A DNA stretch of 64,000 bases from Ignavibacteriota bacterium (GTDB lineage Bacteria > Bacteroidota > Ignavibacteria > UBA10030 > UBA6906). The DNA lies in NCBI GenBank assembly GCA_963801355.1, contig CAWDEM010000008.1, forward strand, positions 2,720,001-2,784,000, in the 5' to 3' direction. A program made the position numbers and the translations under genes. Shown in pieces: positions 16,967 through 28,169 of the stretch. How positions within the stretch are numbered: the stretch's first letter is position 1; every line of letters begins with the position of its first letter. The notes under the pieces are model-generated. The model had not been told where the DNA came from, searched no databases, and saw only the letters and a list, made by a program, of their open reading frames with translations.

Positions 16967-19900
16967 CTAGCGCACGACCCGCAGGCTTCCCAGACCGCTG
17001 GTGGACGAGTAGTTGGCGTCATACATCGCTTCCGCATTCACCGGCGGCAGAACAAACGTTCCCGGCGTCACCGCCCGGACGGCATAGTAGAATTGCTGCT
17101 GCCGCTTTCCTCCGCGGAACGCCGTATAAAGAAGCATCCTGTCGTCACGAATATCCATATAGTCCGGTGTGGCCGGGTTCTGAATGAAGGCGTACGTAGT
17201 TGTTTCCGTGATCCGCGGGTTTTCTATTTCAAAACCCGCCGGCAGGAGATCACTGATCGCAACGTACGCCAGTTTGTCCACGCTGGAGGTAAGCGTCAGC
17301 CGGACCACGAGAAGGTCGTTCTGGCGGACATTCGCAATGTTCACGGCTGAACCGCTGCGATCCAGGAATTCCCGGCGGATCTGCAGATTGCGGTCTTCCA
17401 TCCTGATATTGCCATCCGTCCGGATTCCTTCCAGAGTGATACTATAATAGACGCGACCTGTCCCCTGCAGCGCGATAGTGATGGTTTTTCCATACGGAGC
17501 GAGATCGATTCGCTGTGTACCGCCGGCGTAGGCGAATTTCTCCCCGCCCACGGTTACCGTGCCCGTAACCTTTGTCGCTGACGCCATGCGCGCAGCCTTT
17601 CCAAAGGCAAGGAGTGTGAAGGCATTGTCCTGCGTACTGTACCAGGTATCATGCCGGTAGTTCTTGGAAAGATACTCCATCATCCGCGGGATGCCGGGGT
17701 TACCTGGATCCGTTTCGAGAAGGGTCATGAACATCAGCGCCATTGCACGGACCGGTGAATCGAAATCGCCGCCGGAAGTCCGTGTGGGAGACTCCACGGC
17801 AAATTGCCGCGGAAGTATGTCCGTCGCAGTGCGGCGGTCGCCGGCAAGGGCGAATGCACCGGCCAGCAGGTGCCGGGTGTCGCCGGTCAACAATGACCGT
17901 TCACTTCGATAGAAGTCCATCACCGCACGTTCGGGCCGCCCGGCCAGCGCAAGCGCATAGAGTGCATAGACCGAGCTCTTCGCGGCAATCCGCCGCACGG
18001 TCACACGGTTCGCTTCGTAGGAATAGTAATCTTCCGTCTTTTTGTCCCGCGCAATACCGCCGATCGCATCCAGGGCACGCTTCAACGTTCCCTCCATCAC
18101 CGTATACCCGGCCCGCTGCGCCTCGAAGAGGAAATGCGTCGCATAGACTGTGGTCCAGGGGTTGGAGTCGCTCCCGCCGGGCCAGTAGGCAAACGAACCG
18201 TCATGGAGCTGCATCTCCGTCACCTTGGTGATTGCTTCGTTCACATAATACGAGGGGCTGCCGGATGTCAACGCCGCGGGTGCGATGACCGAGGCGATAT
18301 CCCGGAGATAGATCTGGGGGAACGCCTTCGATACCGTTTGCTCGAGGCAGCCATGCGGGTACCCGAGCAGAGACTTCAGCTCTTTGGCAAAATTCACGAC
18401 GGGGTACGGGCTGAGCGCAACCGAGGCCTTTCGGTTTTGCGGCAGGTACGCATCAGCGATGGCATGGCTGACCGAATTTCCGCCCTCGATGTACCCGGTG
18501 ATCACATCGGTGGCAAACGGTGCGATCGGACGGATGGACAGGTCGGTCGACGATTCCAGCGACTCGCCAAATGCCTTCGTGCGTATCTTGACGGTTGCCT
18601 TGCCGATCGACCTGGTTGCTTTCAGCGCGACAATGGCATGCCGTTCCTGGTTGGCGCCGACTTCCAGGGATGCTCTCTTCTCCTGCGCCACCACACCACC
18701 GGACGTCTCAACATCGAACATCAGGGATGCAGGAGTGGCGGTGGTGTTGAATGCCGTAAGCGTCATCAGCACGGAGTCGCCCGGGCTCATGAACCGCGGA
18801 AGCCCTGGTGTCACAACGACCGGATCGGCCACTTTCATCGCCTGTTGTGCTGAGCCGAAGCGGTTTCCTTTGTAGGCAAACGCCATCAATCGTACTTCGC
18901 CGCTGAAGTCCGGAATGTCCAACATGATATCGGTCCCGCCGCTCCCCTTTGATTGTTTGATGCCGGACCAGAGAGCCAGCGGCTTGAACCGTTGGATGCC
19001 CAGCGGGTTCGTCTTCTTCCCCATTTCGGCCTCGCCCCCGCCGGTGGCGCTCCGCTGTTTCCCCTTGTCAGGTTCGGGGAGCAGGTGTTTGAAGAAGTCG
19101 GCCGTTTCCGTTTCAAGCGCCTTCCGCGCATAGAAGAAGCCGTAGGGATCCGGCGTCGCGTAGTTCTTCACCTGGCATATCCCCTCGTCGACAGCTGCGA
19201 GAGTCAGGTACACGTTTTCCTCTTTGCCGGTCACCACGGTGACCTTCTGCCTGGTCCTCGGCCGGATCTTTTCCGGTGCCTGAATTGTCACATCGATCCG
19301 GTTGGATGGCTTCTCGACCAGCAGGGGTGCGATACCATGTCCGGCCATCAAGGGGATATGCATGTCGGTTATTTTGCGGAAGAGTACCGCCGTCACATAG
19401 ACGTTCGGGAGGAATTTCTCTTCCACCGCGATGTCCGTCGATGCAGCGTTATTCATGACGTCGAGGTAGCGATAGGTGAACAGCCCGTTGCGCTCGACTG
19501 TCACCAGCAACTTGCCGCTGAACGGTGTCTGGAAGAGCACCCGGGCCTTCTCGCCGGGAGCATAGATCTTCTTGTCCAGGATGATTTCGACCCGCGCTTC
19601 CGGATCCACCTCGAACGATGTGAGATCCGACGTTCCCCAGCTGTAGGCATAGAACTGGAACTGATTGTACCCGGTGTCTCCCGCCTTTGTCACGCGAACC
19701 ACATAGTCGCCCGAACGGGGCGCGGTGTACACAACGTCGATGGGTTCCTTGCCGAGCGTGACCACGTCGCTGCGGACCAGGATTTCGCGACGTTCGGAAA
19801 CGTACCGGAGGGTCTTGGTGTCCGGATGCTGCCGGAGCACGGAGTGCCACTCGTGCCGTATGATATCCACCTTCGCGGCAAACCCCGGGATGGGTTTGTC

Positions 19901-22408
19901 GTGGATATCCACGGCGACGAGCTGCATCTTTTGCGGGGCATTGGGTGCGAGATAGAACGCGCCCGTATTCTTGATGCCGATGAAATAGGGCTTGGGATAG
20001 ACCGTCGTCACCGCACCCTGGTAGACCGGCCTGCCGGATTCGTCGAACACCGCAACACGCCCTCGTGCCTTCAGCAGCCCCGACGCCGTAAGATTTTCGG
20101 GGAGCGTGAACGCGCATTGCGCCTTTCCATTATCATCAGTCTTTCCGTTGACGATCACGGGCTCGCCTTTGTAGGGAGCTGCAGCGTCATCCGAAAAGCG
20201 GAACTCGGGAAACGCCTTCGAAACGAACGGTACCGTCACAAAAGATCCCTCGAATTCCCACGTCCGTCCGGCCGCCGGCGGCCCGAAGAAATTCAACGCC
20301 TGCAGTTCATAGCGTATGGTCTCTCCCGGCCGCGCTTCCGTGACCGACGACGTCAGCATTACCCGCAATCGATCCGGCACAAATTCCTCGACGCTCACCT
20401 TGTACGACGTCAGAAACAGGTTGGTGCCGGTGTACAGTTCGTAGCGGTATTCGCCGGTCAGGGCCGATACCTGTGTTCCCATTGATGTCTCGAACGAACC
20501 CTCCGCGTTCAGGGTATGCTGCATTTCCTGCACGAGCGTCCCCTGCGGATTGAATGCCTTCAACCGCACGGGCATCGCCGCCGGGAGAGGATGCAAAAGA
20601 TCGCGGACGATACCGGAGATGATGATCTTTTCCCCGGGACGGTAGATGTTGCGATCACCATACAGGAGAGCATCGTATTGACCCGCCCCGTCGCGACGCC
20701 CGGCGACATCAAAACGGGATGTTTCCACCCGGTAGTCGTCCAGGTTGATAAAGTTGTAGTCTGCATCTGTCTCCGCGGTGATGAGTTTCAGGGTGAAGTC
20801 CCTGGCCTGCGCCCCATAGTCAGGGAAGCGTGCCACCCCGTCTCCGTCCGTCGTTGCCGTTCCCATCACCTGATTATTGGTGGAATGCAGGGTCATCCGC
20901 ACCCCCGCTATCGGCTCCGTCGTCACAAGGTTGGTGGCGAACACCACAAGTTCTTGCGCGCTCTGCTTCACAATCATGCCGATGTCGGAAACCGCAACGA
21001 GCTTGGAAGTCGACCGCCAGCCCTGCGCCGGGTCGGCAATTTCGATGACATAGTAGCCCTTGTATCCGGTCGAAAGGAAGCGTGTGAGGTCGAACCATGT
21101 GCTGACCTGGCGGTTGGCGGGACTGGCGATACTGAGCGTATCGTAGCTGAGCTGCCGGCCATAGTTGCCGACATGGTAGCGGTACTTCGGAGTGATCCTG
21201 CGTCCGTCTTCGGACTCTTCGTCATAGTCGCCGTACGAGTAGTCATAGTAGCGGCCGTTCTCAATGAAGTACACCAAATTGTTCTGAAACAGCTGACTGA
21301 CGCGGACCGCGAGGCGCGGCATGTTGATCGTGGTGATTTCCAGCGTGTGTTTTCCCCCCAGCAGCATGTACGTGCCCGGACCTGAGGCAAAACCGAACGA
21401 CGGCGCGACATTACCCATGACAATATCCGCCTCGTACTCATGCTGTGTTGTGCCGCCCAGGACGCTTTCCATCCCCTGTGTGATGCGCAATCGGATCGCC
21501 GTACCGGGTTCAAATGCACCCTGCAGGGTGAACCCGTCGCCATCATTCCGGACAGTGTATGGACGCACCGGTTCGATCACGACATGACGGCGAACCATCG
21601 CAGAGTCGATCTCCTGGGATGTGCGCACCTTGATCCATCCGCGGGAGCCGTCAGTTCCGGATTCTTGTCCGTAGATCTGCACCTCTCCCAGTGCGGGCAT
21701 ATGGTACACGAAGGGTTTGCCTTTGGTGATATGCGTTTGCGTTTCCGGCGACACCAGTCCCTCGCCGACCACGATCGCGATATCGCGTTCCTTGTCAAGC
21801 TGTGTGACTGTCCCGACCTCGATGGCTATCACTTTGCTCTTCTCCGCCGTCATCACCCGGTCGATTCCGTGGGGCGCGCCATCAATCGTCAGCGTGATAT
21901 GCGCCGGAATATCCTGCGGTGCAACGGCATAGGTGAACTCCAGGTTCGCCCTGATGCCCACCTGGCGTTTCTCGCCTATGCGGTCATAGAAGAACTCCGC
22001 CTGCCGCAGTGTGAAACTCTCCGTGAAAAAAGTAAACTCGTCCGGCCCTTCATACGTCGCCGCGCCGGACATCCGGGCAAGCAGTGCAGTGTTCAGCTTC
22101 GCCGTGAAGTGCGCATCTCCCGGGAGTTGACCGTCAGGACTGAACACGAGCCTGGTGGTGTCTTCCCAGACGAATTTCCCGGGGATTGCGGGCGTGAAAG
22201 CAATGAAGGGCGTCTCCGTCCATTGGTTGATCGAATCTGCAGATACCACCGCACGCGAGAACGTGAGCGGTATCATGGCATCGCGGCCCATTACGCCTGA
22301 AGGAAACGGCGACGTGACACGCAGGACGTCGGCGCCGGGCCCGCCGCATTGCAGAGCCAGGACGGCAAGAACCAGCAGAGCTGGCAGCACCACCAGGAAT
22401 CGCTTCAT
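16967..22408 (-). CDS. Bacterial alpha-2-macroglobulin (probable lipoprotein)
   Basis: Lipobox-like LALQC; MG domains (DRNIYRPGE, VEEFVPDRL, TLAAVDEGI); thioester motif YPHGCLEQ; C-terminal AVRAVTPGTFVLPPVNAEAMY. Confidence 0.95.
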   Translation of the reverse strand: MKRFLVVLPALLVLAVLALQCGGPGADVLRVTSPFPSGVMGRDAMIPLTFSRAVVSADSINQWTETPFIAFTPAIPGKFVWEDTTRLVFSPDGQLPGDAHFTAKLNTALLARMSGAATYEGPDEFTFFTESFTLRQAEFFYDRIGEKRQVGIRANLEFTYAVAPQDIPAHITLTIDGAPHGIDRVMTAEKSKVIAIEVGTVTQLDKERDIAIVVGEGLVSPETQTHITKGKPFVYHMPALGEVQIYGQESGTDGSRGWIKVRTSQEIDSAMVRRHVVIEPVRPYTVRNDGDGFTLQGAFEPGTAIRLRITQGMESVLGGTTQHEYEADIVMGNVAPSFGFASGPGTYMLLGGKHTLEITTINMPRLAVRVSQLFQNNLVYFIENGRYYDYSYGDYDEESEDGRRITPKYRYHVGNYGRQLSYDTLSIASPANRQVSTWFDLTRFLSTGYKGYYVIEIADPAQGWRSTSKLVAVSDIGMIVKQSAQELVVFATNLVTTEPIAGVRMTLHSTNNQVMGTATTDGDGVARFPDYGAQARDFTLKLITAETDADYNFINLDDYRVETSRFDVAGRRDGAGQYDALLYGDRNIYRPGEKIIISGIVRDLLHPLPAAMPVRLKAFNPQGTLVQEMQHTLNAEGSFETSMGTQVSALTGEYRYELYTGTNLFLTSYKVSVEEFVPDRLRVMLTSSVTEARPGETIRYELQALNFFGPPAAGRTWEFEGSFVTVPFVSKAFPEFRFSDDAAAPYKGEPVIVNGKTDDNGKAQCAFTLPENLTASGLLKARGRVAVFDESGRPVYQGAVTTVYPKPYFIGIKNTGAFYLAPNAPQKMQLVAVDIHDKPIPGFAAKVDIIRHEWHSVLRQHPDTKTLRYVSERREILVRSDVVTLGKEPIDVVYTAPRSGDYVVRVTKAGDTGYNQFQFYAYSWGTSDLTSFEVDPEARVEIILDKKIYAPGEKARVLFQTPFSGKLLVTVERNGLFTYRYLDVMNNAASTDIAVEEKFLPNVYVTAVLFRKITDMHIPLMAGHGIAPLLVEKPSNRIDVTIQAPEKIRPRTRQKVTVVTGKEENVYLTLAAVDEGICQVKNYATPDPYGFFYARKALETETADFFKHLLPEPDKGKQRSATGGGEAEMGKKTNPLGIQRFKPLALWSGIKQSKGSGGTDIMLDIPDFSGEVRLMAFAYKGNRFGSAQQAMKVADPVVVTPGLPRFMSPGDSVLMTLTAFNTTATPASLMFDVETSGGVVAQEKRASLEVGANQERHAIVALKATRSIGKATVKIRTKAFGESLESSTDLSIRPIAPFATDVITGYIEGGNSVSHAIADAYLPQNRKASVALSPYPVVNFAKELKSLLGYPHGCLEQTVSKAFPQIYLRDIASVIAPAALTSGSPSYYVNEAITKVTEMQLHDGSFAYWPGGSDSNPWTTVYATHFLFEAQRAGYTVMEGTLKRALDAIGGIARDKKTEDYYSYEANRVTVRRIAAKSSVYALYALALAGRPERAVMDFYRSERSLLTGDTRHLLAGAFALAGDRRTATDILPRQFAVESPTRTSGGDFDSPVRAMALMFMTLLETDPGNPGIPRMMEYLSKNYRHDTWYSTQDNAFTLLAFGKAARMASATKVTGTVTVGGEKFAYAGGTQRIDLAPYGKTITIALQGTGRVYYSITLEGIRTDGNIRMEDRNLQIRREFLDRSGSAVNIANVRQNDLLVVRLTLTSSVDKLAYVAISDLLPAGFEIENPRITETTTYAFIQNPATPDYMDIRDDRMLLYTAFRGGKRQQQFYYAVRAVTPGTFVLPPVNAEAMYDANYSSTSGLGSLRVVR

Positions 22409-22419
22409 GACTGCGCCTT

Positions 22420-24756
22420 TCAAAAAACGTGTGCGACCATTTTCACCGTCACGTGTACAGATGACATCCGCCCCCTGTCATCCAGGCACGCGATGGTATG
22501 ATCCCCTTCCTTCATGTCTACAAACAGCCTGTCACCCGGTTTCCGGCTCCCGAGGAATGCATTGTCCAGATACCAACGGTGTTCACGGACGTCAACGCTC
22601 GACCCGGCCTGCAATGGCAATCCTCCGGCCCCCGGATCGAGATAGTACGTCATCCGGTCTCCCGGAGTGATAATGCTGGGACCCTCACCCATGGCTATCT
22701 GTGCACAGGAGGGGTTATGCGGCGGCACGACAGCGTTGCGCACTCCCTGCCGGCTCCAGAAATGCAGCAATTCGGGAGCATACTGCACCATGGTTGTCGC
22801 GACGTACGGATGATCACCAAGACACGACGCACAATAGCTCATCGTCCGATCCGGCGACAGCAGCACTTCCCGGCATACGTCGCATTGCCGCGTCTGCGAA
22901 GTCGTCGATGAACAGAGATCGTCAACAAGGCGTGCACAGCGCGGAGAGGGGGAGAGACCACTCAACGCACATACCCGCCGCAACCGCAGGTCTCCGGGCG
23001 GCGCGAGAATCTCCCTGCGAGGCATTCGTGACAGCGAAGTAAACAGATCGATGAGCAACGGAGCGGCGGACTTGCTCCCGACCAGCTCCGGGTTCCCCCG
23101 GTTGTTGACGTTGCCGATCCAGACGCCGATGGTGTACTCGGACGAGTAGCCGATGCTCCATGCGTCACGACGTCCATAGCTGGTGCCTGTTTTGAAAGCG
23201 ACCCTCGGCAGCATCAAGGCCGATTCAAAGTTGTTCGGGAGATCCGGGCGCTCCAGGCCGGAGAGAATATCGGTCACCATGTACGCGGTCGCGGCGCCGA
23301 ACAAGCGCCGGTCCAGCGTCGTATCCACGGGGTCGCCGGCGATGTAACGCAACGGACGGTAGACACCTCCTGCAGGAAATATTGCATAGGCGGCTGTCAT
23401 TTCCTCGAGTGTGACACCGCAGCCTCCGAGAATCATGCTGAGCCCGAGGCGGGGCCGCTGACCTGCCAGTGACGAGATCCCTATCCCTCCGAGAAAATCC
23501 AGAAACGGCGACAGACCGGATTTCTTCAGGAGCCGCACCATCGGCACATTGAGGGATCGCTGCAGGGCTTCCGATGCGTACACCAGTCCATTGTACGTGC
23601 CATCGTAGTTCTCGGCATAGAATCCCTCCGCGTCATAGGGTGTATCGAGCATCATCGTGCGTGGCGTGAGCATCCCCTTTTCCATTTCGACAGCGTAGAG
23701 AAATGGTTTCAACGTGGATCCCGGAGACCGGATGGCACGCACTGCATCCACCTGCCCTCCGCACGCCTCGTCGTCAAAATCTCCCGTTCCGGCATACGCA
23801 CGGACCTCCCGGGTCGCGTTATCGACAACGAGAACGGCCCCATTGTTGACCCCGACGCGTTTCCACGTCCTCAGATGCTGCGCGAGCAGCGCGGCCACCC
23901 GCTGCTGCACATCGAGGTCGAGTGAACTCCGTATGTCCGGCTCATTCCTTCTAAGCGCTTGGATCCTCGCTGAAAAGTGCGGCGCTTCCCGCGGCAGTGA
24001 TCCGCGTGACGCACCGGCGGGTGTCGAACGGATCACACACGAATCATCCTCCGAGATGTAGCCCATCGCCTGCCAGGCCGCCGCATGCCGGACGCGTGAG
24101 GCCAGAAGCTTTTCACCGCACCTATCGGGCCGCAAACGGTTGGGATCATTGGGAATCAGGATCAGATCGATGAGACGGGCAATGTTCAGCCGCTCGAGCG
24201 GTGTCTGATAGTAGATCAGTGATGCCGAACGCAATCCTTCGAGATTCCCGCCAAGGGGGATAGTGGAGAGATACATTTCCAACAGCTCATCCTTGGAATA
24301 CCGCCATTCCAACTGCAGGGCCCGGAACATCTCGGCCAGCTTGCCGGCGTAGGTGCGCTCTTTCGGCTCACGCATGCGCGCGATCTGCATGGTAATCGTA
24401 GACGCACCCGACAGGCGCCGCCCGGTTTGCACATTCTGCACGGCCGCGCGGGCGATCGCAAACGGATTGATGCCGGGATGGTAATAGAACCAGCGATCCT
24501 CCTTGGCGAGGAGCATCTGCTTCAAGCGATCGGGGATTTCATCCGGGGAGGTGCGCAGACGCCAGATCCCATCCGGGGCAAGAAATGCGTGCACCAGCTT
24601 GCCGTTTCTGTCTTCCACCACAAGCGAATACGGGCGCATGGGCGGCAGGGGGAACATCGCATCCGCGGCGAGAAACAGACCGAGTCCGCCGATGGCCACA
24701 CAGAGTGCGCGAAGCAACAACATCCGAAAAGCCGTCGCACCGAATACGTTCACCAC
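22420..24756 (-). CDS. pbpC: Penicillin-binding protein 1C
   Basis: Transglycosylase EDRWFYYHPGINP and SGASTITMQ; transpeptidase RSPGSTLKPF, SLN, KTGTS; adjacent to alpha-2-macroglobulin. Confidence 0.95.
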   Translation of the reverse strand: MVNVFGATAFRMLLLRALCVAIGGLGLFLAADAMFPLPPMRPYSLVVEDRNGKLVHAFLAPDGIWRLRTSPDEIPDRLKQMLLAKEDRWFYYHPGINPFAIARAAVQNVQTGRRLSGASTITMQIARMREPKERTYAGKLAEMFRALQLEWRYSKDELLEMYLSTIPLGGNLEGLRSASLIYYQTPLERLNIARLIDLILIPNDPNRLRPDRCGEKLLASRVRHAAAWQAMGYISEDDSCVIRSTPAGASRGSLPREAPHFSARIQALRRNEPDIRSSLDLDVQQRVAALLAQHLRTWKRVGVNNGAVLVVDNATREVRAYAGTGDFDDEACGGQVDAVRAIRSPGSTLKPFLYAVEMEKGMLTPRTMMLDTPYDAEGFYAENYDGTYNGLVYASEALQRSLNVPMVRLLKKSGLSPFLDFLGGIGISSLAGQRPRLGLSMILGGCGVTLEEMTAAYAIFPAGGVYRPLRYIAGDPVDTTLDRRLFGAATAYMVTDILSGLERPDLPNNFESALMLPRVAFKTGTSYGRRDAWSIGYSSEYTIGVWIGNVNNRGNPELVGSKSAAPLLIDLFTSLSRMPRREILAPPGDLRLRRVCALSGLSPSPRCARLVDDLCSSTTSQTRQCDVCREVLLSPDRTMSYCASCLGDHPYVATTMVQYAPELLHFWSRQGVRNAVVPPHNPSCAQIAMGEGPSIITPGDRMTYYLDPGAGGLPLQAGSSVDVREHRWYLDNAFLGSRKPGDRLFVDMKEGDHTIACLDDRGRMSSVHVTVKMVAHVF

Positions 24757-24810
24757 GCCTGACCGTCCGGAACACGTGAGAGAGAAAATTGCAGATCGGA
24801 AGGTTCACCG

Positions 24811-24839
24811 AATATAGCCAAGGCGTTCTGTGAAAGCAA
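24811..24839 (-). promoter_or_regulatory. sigma70-type promoter for pbpC-a2M
   Basis: TTGCTT-17 bp-TATATT on the minus strand. Confidence 0.5.
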
Positions 24840-24894
24840 GGAAGCCGGAGCCATGACAGGCACGCACGACAGACATGCAGGTAATGTCTTCCCT

Positions 24895-24923
24895 TTGGCA
24901 ATTCACACGATTTTTCGTATACT
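24895..24923 (+). promoter_or_regulatory. sigma70-type promoter for the GH38 gene
   Basis: TTGGCA-17 bp-TATACT, ending 26 nt upstream of ATG 24950. Confidence 0.6.
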
Positions 24924-24949
24924 CTCCCACCATCTCTCGGAGATCCTTC

Positions 24950-27900
24950 ATGAAAGCTTTCATGCCGATTCTCGCTACGATCCTCATCGCGGCATCGGGA
25001 CCGGGGCAGACTCCCGCTGACAAACTCGCTGATGAACTCCTCTTTCAGTCCTCGGGCACGCTCACGTCATGGCGCTATTCGACTTCCTTCGCCGGCGACC
25101 CGACTTCTTCGCGGTTCGATGATCATGCCTGGACGTCTCTTGAGCTCAACCAATCTCTCAGGGTCGATTCATGCTGGATCAGAAAAGAAGTCATACTCCC
25201 CGGGGCCCTGCTTGGGATGCCGATCGGAGGCAGAGTTCGCCTGCTCCTCACCGTGGACGACTATGCATATCTCTGGGTCAACGGCAAATCCATGGGGAAA
25301 GCGAATTGGGACGGGGAATTTGATTTGACGGACAACGCCCGCCCGGGGCAGCGGTTCACTGTCGCCATCCGGGCCATCAACACAGGCGGTCCTCTGCGGC
25401 TCCTGCGCGCGCGTCTCCAGATCACGCCGGCTGACACGTTTGCCGCAACGGCGGCAGGCATTGCCCTGAGTCTGCGTGTGGGTCAGAAACTGCTGTCAAA
25501 CGATACGTATCAGACAAACTCACGGCAACGGTTCGACCCGGGAACGGACCTGGCGAAGACCGACCCGAAGCAGAAGGAACGCCTGAACGCCGAACTTCAA
25601 CGGTTGGCCGCAGCGGTTGACCTCAGGACACTCCGCGCCGGGACACGCGCACAGATTATTGATAGGCTTTCCCGCTTCCGCGCGGATCTTGCGCCTTTCC
25701 GGGCGTTCGCGCAATCCTTCACGCTGTATTTCGATGCCAACGCACACATCGATGCCGCGTGGCTCTGGCGCGAGTGCGAAACCTGGGAGGTGTGCAAGAG
25801 AACGTTCTCTTCGGTCCTCAACATGATGAACCAGCGCCCGGATTTTACCTACACCCAGAGCTCCGCGGCATATTACAAATGGATGGAAGAACAGCAACCC
25901 GATCTGTTTGAAAAAATGACCGGGCGCATCAAGAGCGGGAGATGGGAAATCGTGGGCGGCATGTGGGTGGAACCCGACTGCAACCTCATCGCCGGCGAAT
26001 CGTGGGCGCGTCACCTCCTCTATGGCAAACGCTATTTCCGTTCACAATTCGACACCGACGTAAAGATCGGGTGGAACCCCGATTCATTCGGCTACAACGG
26101 CAATATGCCGATGTTCTATACGCAGGCGGGCATCACCGCATTCATCACGCAGAAGATCGGGTGGAACGAAACAAACGTCTTTCCCCACCGGGTATTCTGG
26201 TGGGAGTCCCCCGACGGGTCGCGCATCCTCAGCTATTTTCCCTTTGACTACGTCAACACGATCGACAACCCGTACGATCTCGTGGATTGGCTCCGCCAGT
26301 TCGAGGCAAATACCGGGTTCAACAAAATGCTGATCCTGTTCGGCGTCGGGGACCATGGCGGCGGTCCATCCCTCGAAATGATCCAACGCATCGAGGATCT
26401 GAAACACCTTGACATCTACCCGCGCATAGAATACGGGACAGCCGCGACGTATCTCAACTGGCTTTCGGCGCAGGACCTTGCCACGCTCCCGGTCTGGCGG
26501 GATGAGCTCTACCTGGAATATCACCAGGGGACCTTCACCACACAGGGGGCGATGAAACGATTCAACCGCGAAGGAGAGACCCTCCTGACCAATGCCGAGA
26601 AATTTGCGAGCATGGCCTCACTTTCTGGAGCGCAGTACCCGCGAGAGGATCTCCGCGAGGCGTGGGAGGACTTCATGGTCATGCAGTTCCACGATATCCT
26701 CCCGGGTTCTTCGATCCGCGAAGTGTACATTGACGCCGCCGAGACACATCGGCAGGTGCGTGAGAACGGCAACCGGAAACTCCAGGACGCACTGCGGCAT
26801 CTGGCGGGTCGGGTCAACACAACCGCCATGCCTGCCGGCACACCGCTCGTTGTGTTCAATCCGCTTGCATGGGAGAGAACGGACCTCGTCCGCGTGCCGC
26901 TCCCCGACGGAGAGACCGGGTCGTATACCGTGTTGAACGCCGATGGATCAGTGGTGCCGAGTCAGATCGTCAGGACCTCCAAGTACTCGCGCGAGCTGCT
27001 GTTTATAGCCCCGCATGTTCCTTCACTGGGCTTCACAGCTTTCACAGTCCGCCCCGGCGGGTCAGCGGCTGCGGTTCCGCCGGCCGCTTTCACCGGAACG
27101 GTGGAGAGTCCGCTCTATCGTGTGAGCATCGATGCGGTAACGGGCTGGCTCAAGAGCATTGTCGAGAAAAAGAGCGGCCGTGAACTTCTTGCAGGCCCCG
27201 GCAATGAACTCCAGCTCCTTGAAGATCTGCCGACGGCGTGGGACGCCTGGAATCTCGGCCTTACCGGTACAACGTATCCGATGAAATATGCCGGTGCCCG
27301 GATCGCGGAGCAGGGTCCGGTATGCACCATCGTACGCGTCGAGCACACATATCTTAAACCCGGGACGAAGAAGGAATTCCCCACGGAGGATTTTCCTTCC
27401 TCTTTCTTCACGCAGGATTTGATCCTGTACAACGGGCTTGACCGCATAGAGTTCCGTACCGATGTGGATTGGTGGGAGGACAAGACGATGCTGAAGGTCG
27501 CATTTCCTCTGACGGTAGCGGACTCTGTTGCGACCTATGACATTCCGTATGGCACCATCGCCCGCTCGACGCAGCTCCGCGACAGCTGGGAGACCGCAAA
27601 GCGGGAGGTGCCGGCGCTCCGGTGGGCAGATGTATCGGCTGCCGGCTACGGTGTTGCCCTTCTGAACACCTCCAAGTACGGCTACGACATCAAGGGAAAC
27701 ACGATGCGTCTTTCCCTCCTGCGTTCCCCAAAATGGCCCGATCCCACAGCCGATCGCGGGAAGCACACGATCACCTATGCCCTTCTGCCGCATGCAGACA
27801 CCTGGCGCGAGGCGGGGATGGCCGGGAAGGGATACGAATTCAATACACCGCTCCTTCCTTTCTCCACTGACGTCCATGCAGGTCCGCTTCCTGCCCGTCA

Positions 27901-28159
27901 TTCATTCGTCCGCCTGTCGCCGTCAAACCTGGTGTTGACCACTGTTAAACAGGCTGAGAATTCCGGCGCATGGGTCATTCAGTGGTACGAAAGTGAGGGT
28001 CGCCAGTCGACCGCGGAGCTGGAGCTGCCGGTGCAGCCGAAACGTGTTCATGTCACCAATTTCCTGGAGGAACCGGGCGCGCCGGTACCTGTGAACGGAA
28101 GCAAGGTCCTGGTCCCGACAGCGCGCAACGGTGTACAAACGGTGCTCGTAGAATTCTAA
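24950..28159 (+). CDS. Glycoside hydrolase family 38 (alpha-mannosidase) with N-terminal beta-sandwich domain
   Basis: AHIDAAWLW (Zn ligands), GGMWVEPDCN, WNPDSFG (nucleophile), GVGDHGGGP, ELYLEYHQGT, QFHDILPGSSI; short signal-like N-terminus. Confidence 0.93.
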   Translation: MKAFMPILATILIAASGPGQTPADKLADELLFQSSGTLTSWRYSTSFAGDPTSSRFDDHAWTSLELNQSLRVDSCWIRKEVILPGALLGMPIGGRVRLLLTVDDYAYLWVNGKSMGKANWDGEFDLTDNARPGQRFTVAIRAINTGGPLRLLRARLQITPADTFAATAAGIALSLRVGQKLLSNDTYQTNSRQRFDPGTDLAKTDPKQKERLNAELQRLAAAVDLRTLRAGTRAQIIDRLSRFRADLAPFRAFAQSFTLYFDANAHIDAAWLWRECETWEVCKRTFSSVLNMMNQRPDFTYTQSSAAYYKWMEEQQPDLFEKMTGRIKSGRWEIVGGMWVEPDCNLIAGESWARHLLYGKRYFRSQFDTDVKIGWNPDSFGYNGNMPMFYTQAGITAFITQKIGWNETNVFPHRVFWWESPDGSRILSYFPFDYVNTIDNPYDLVDWLRQFEANTGFNKMLILFGVGDHGGGPSLEMIQRIEDLKHLDIYPRIEYGTAATYLNWLSAQDLATLPVWRDELYLEYHQGTFTTQGAMKRFNREGETLLTNAEKFASMASLSGAQYPREDLREAWEDFMVMQFHDILPGSSIREVYIDAAETHRQVRENGNRKLQDALRHLAGRVNTTAMPAGTPLVVFNPLAWERTDLVRVPLPDGETGSYTVLNADGSVVPSQIVRTSKYSRELLFIAPHVPSLGFTAFTVRPGGSAAAVPPAAFTGTVESPLYRVSIDAVTGWLKSIVEKKSGRELLAGPGNELQLLEDLPTAWDAWNLGLTGTTYPMKYAGARIAEQGPVCTIVRVEHTYLKPGTKKEFPTEDFPSSFFTQDLILYNGLDRIEFRTDVDWWEDKTMLKVAFPLTVADSVATYDIPYGTIARSTQLRDSWETAKREVPALRWADVSAAGYGVALLNTSKYGYDIKGNTMRLSLLRSPKWPDPTADRGKHTITYALLPHADTWREAGMAGKGYEFNTPLLPFSTDVHAGPLPARHSFVRLSPSNLVLTTVKQAENSGAWVIQWYESEGRQSTAELELPVQPKRVHVTNFLEEPGAPVPVNGSKVLVPTARNGVQTVLVEF

Positions 28160-28169
28160 GGGACAGGCA

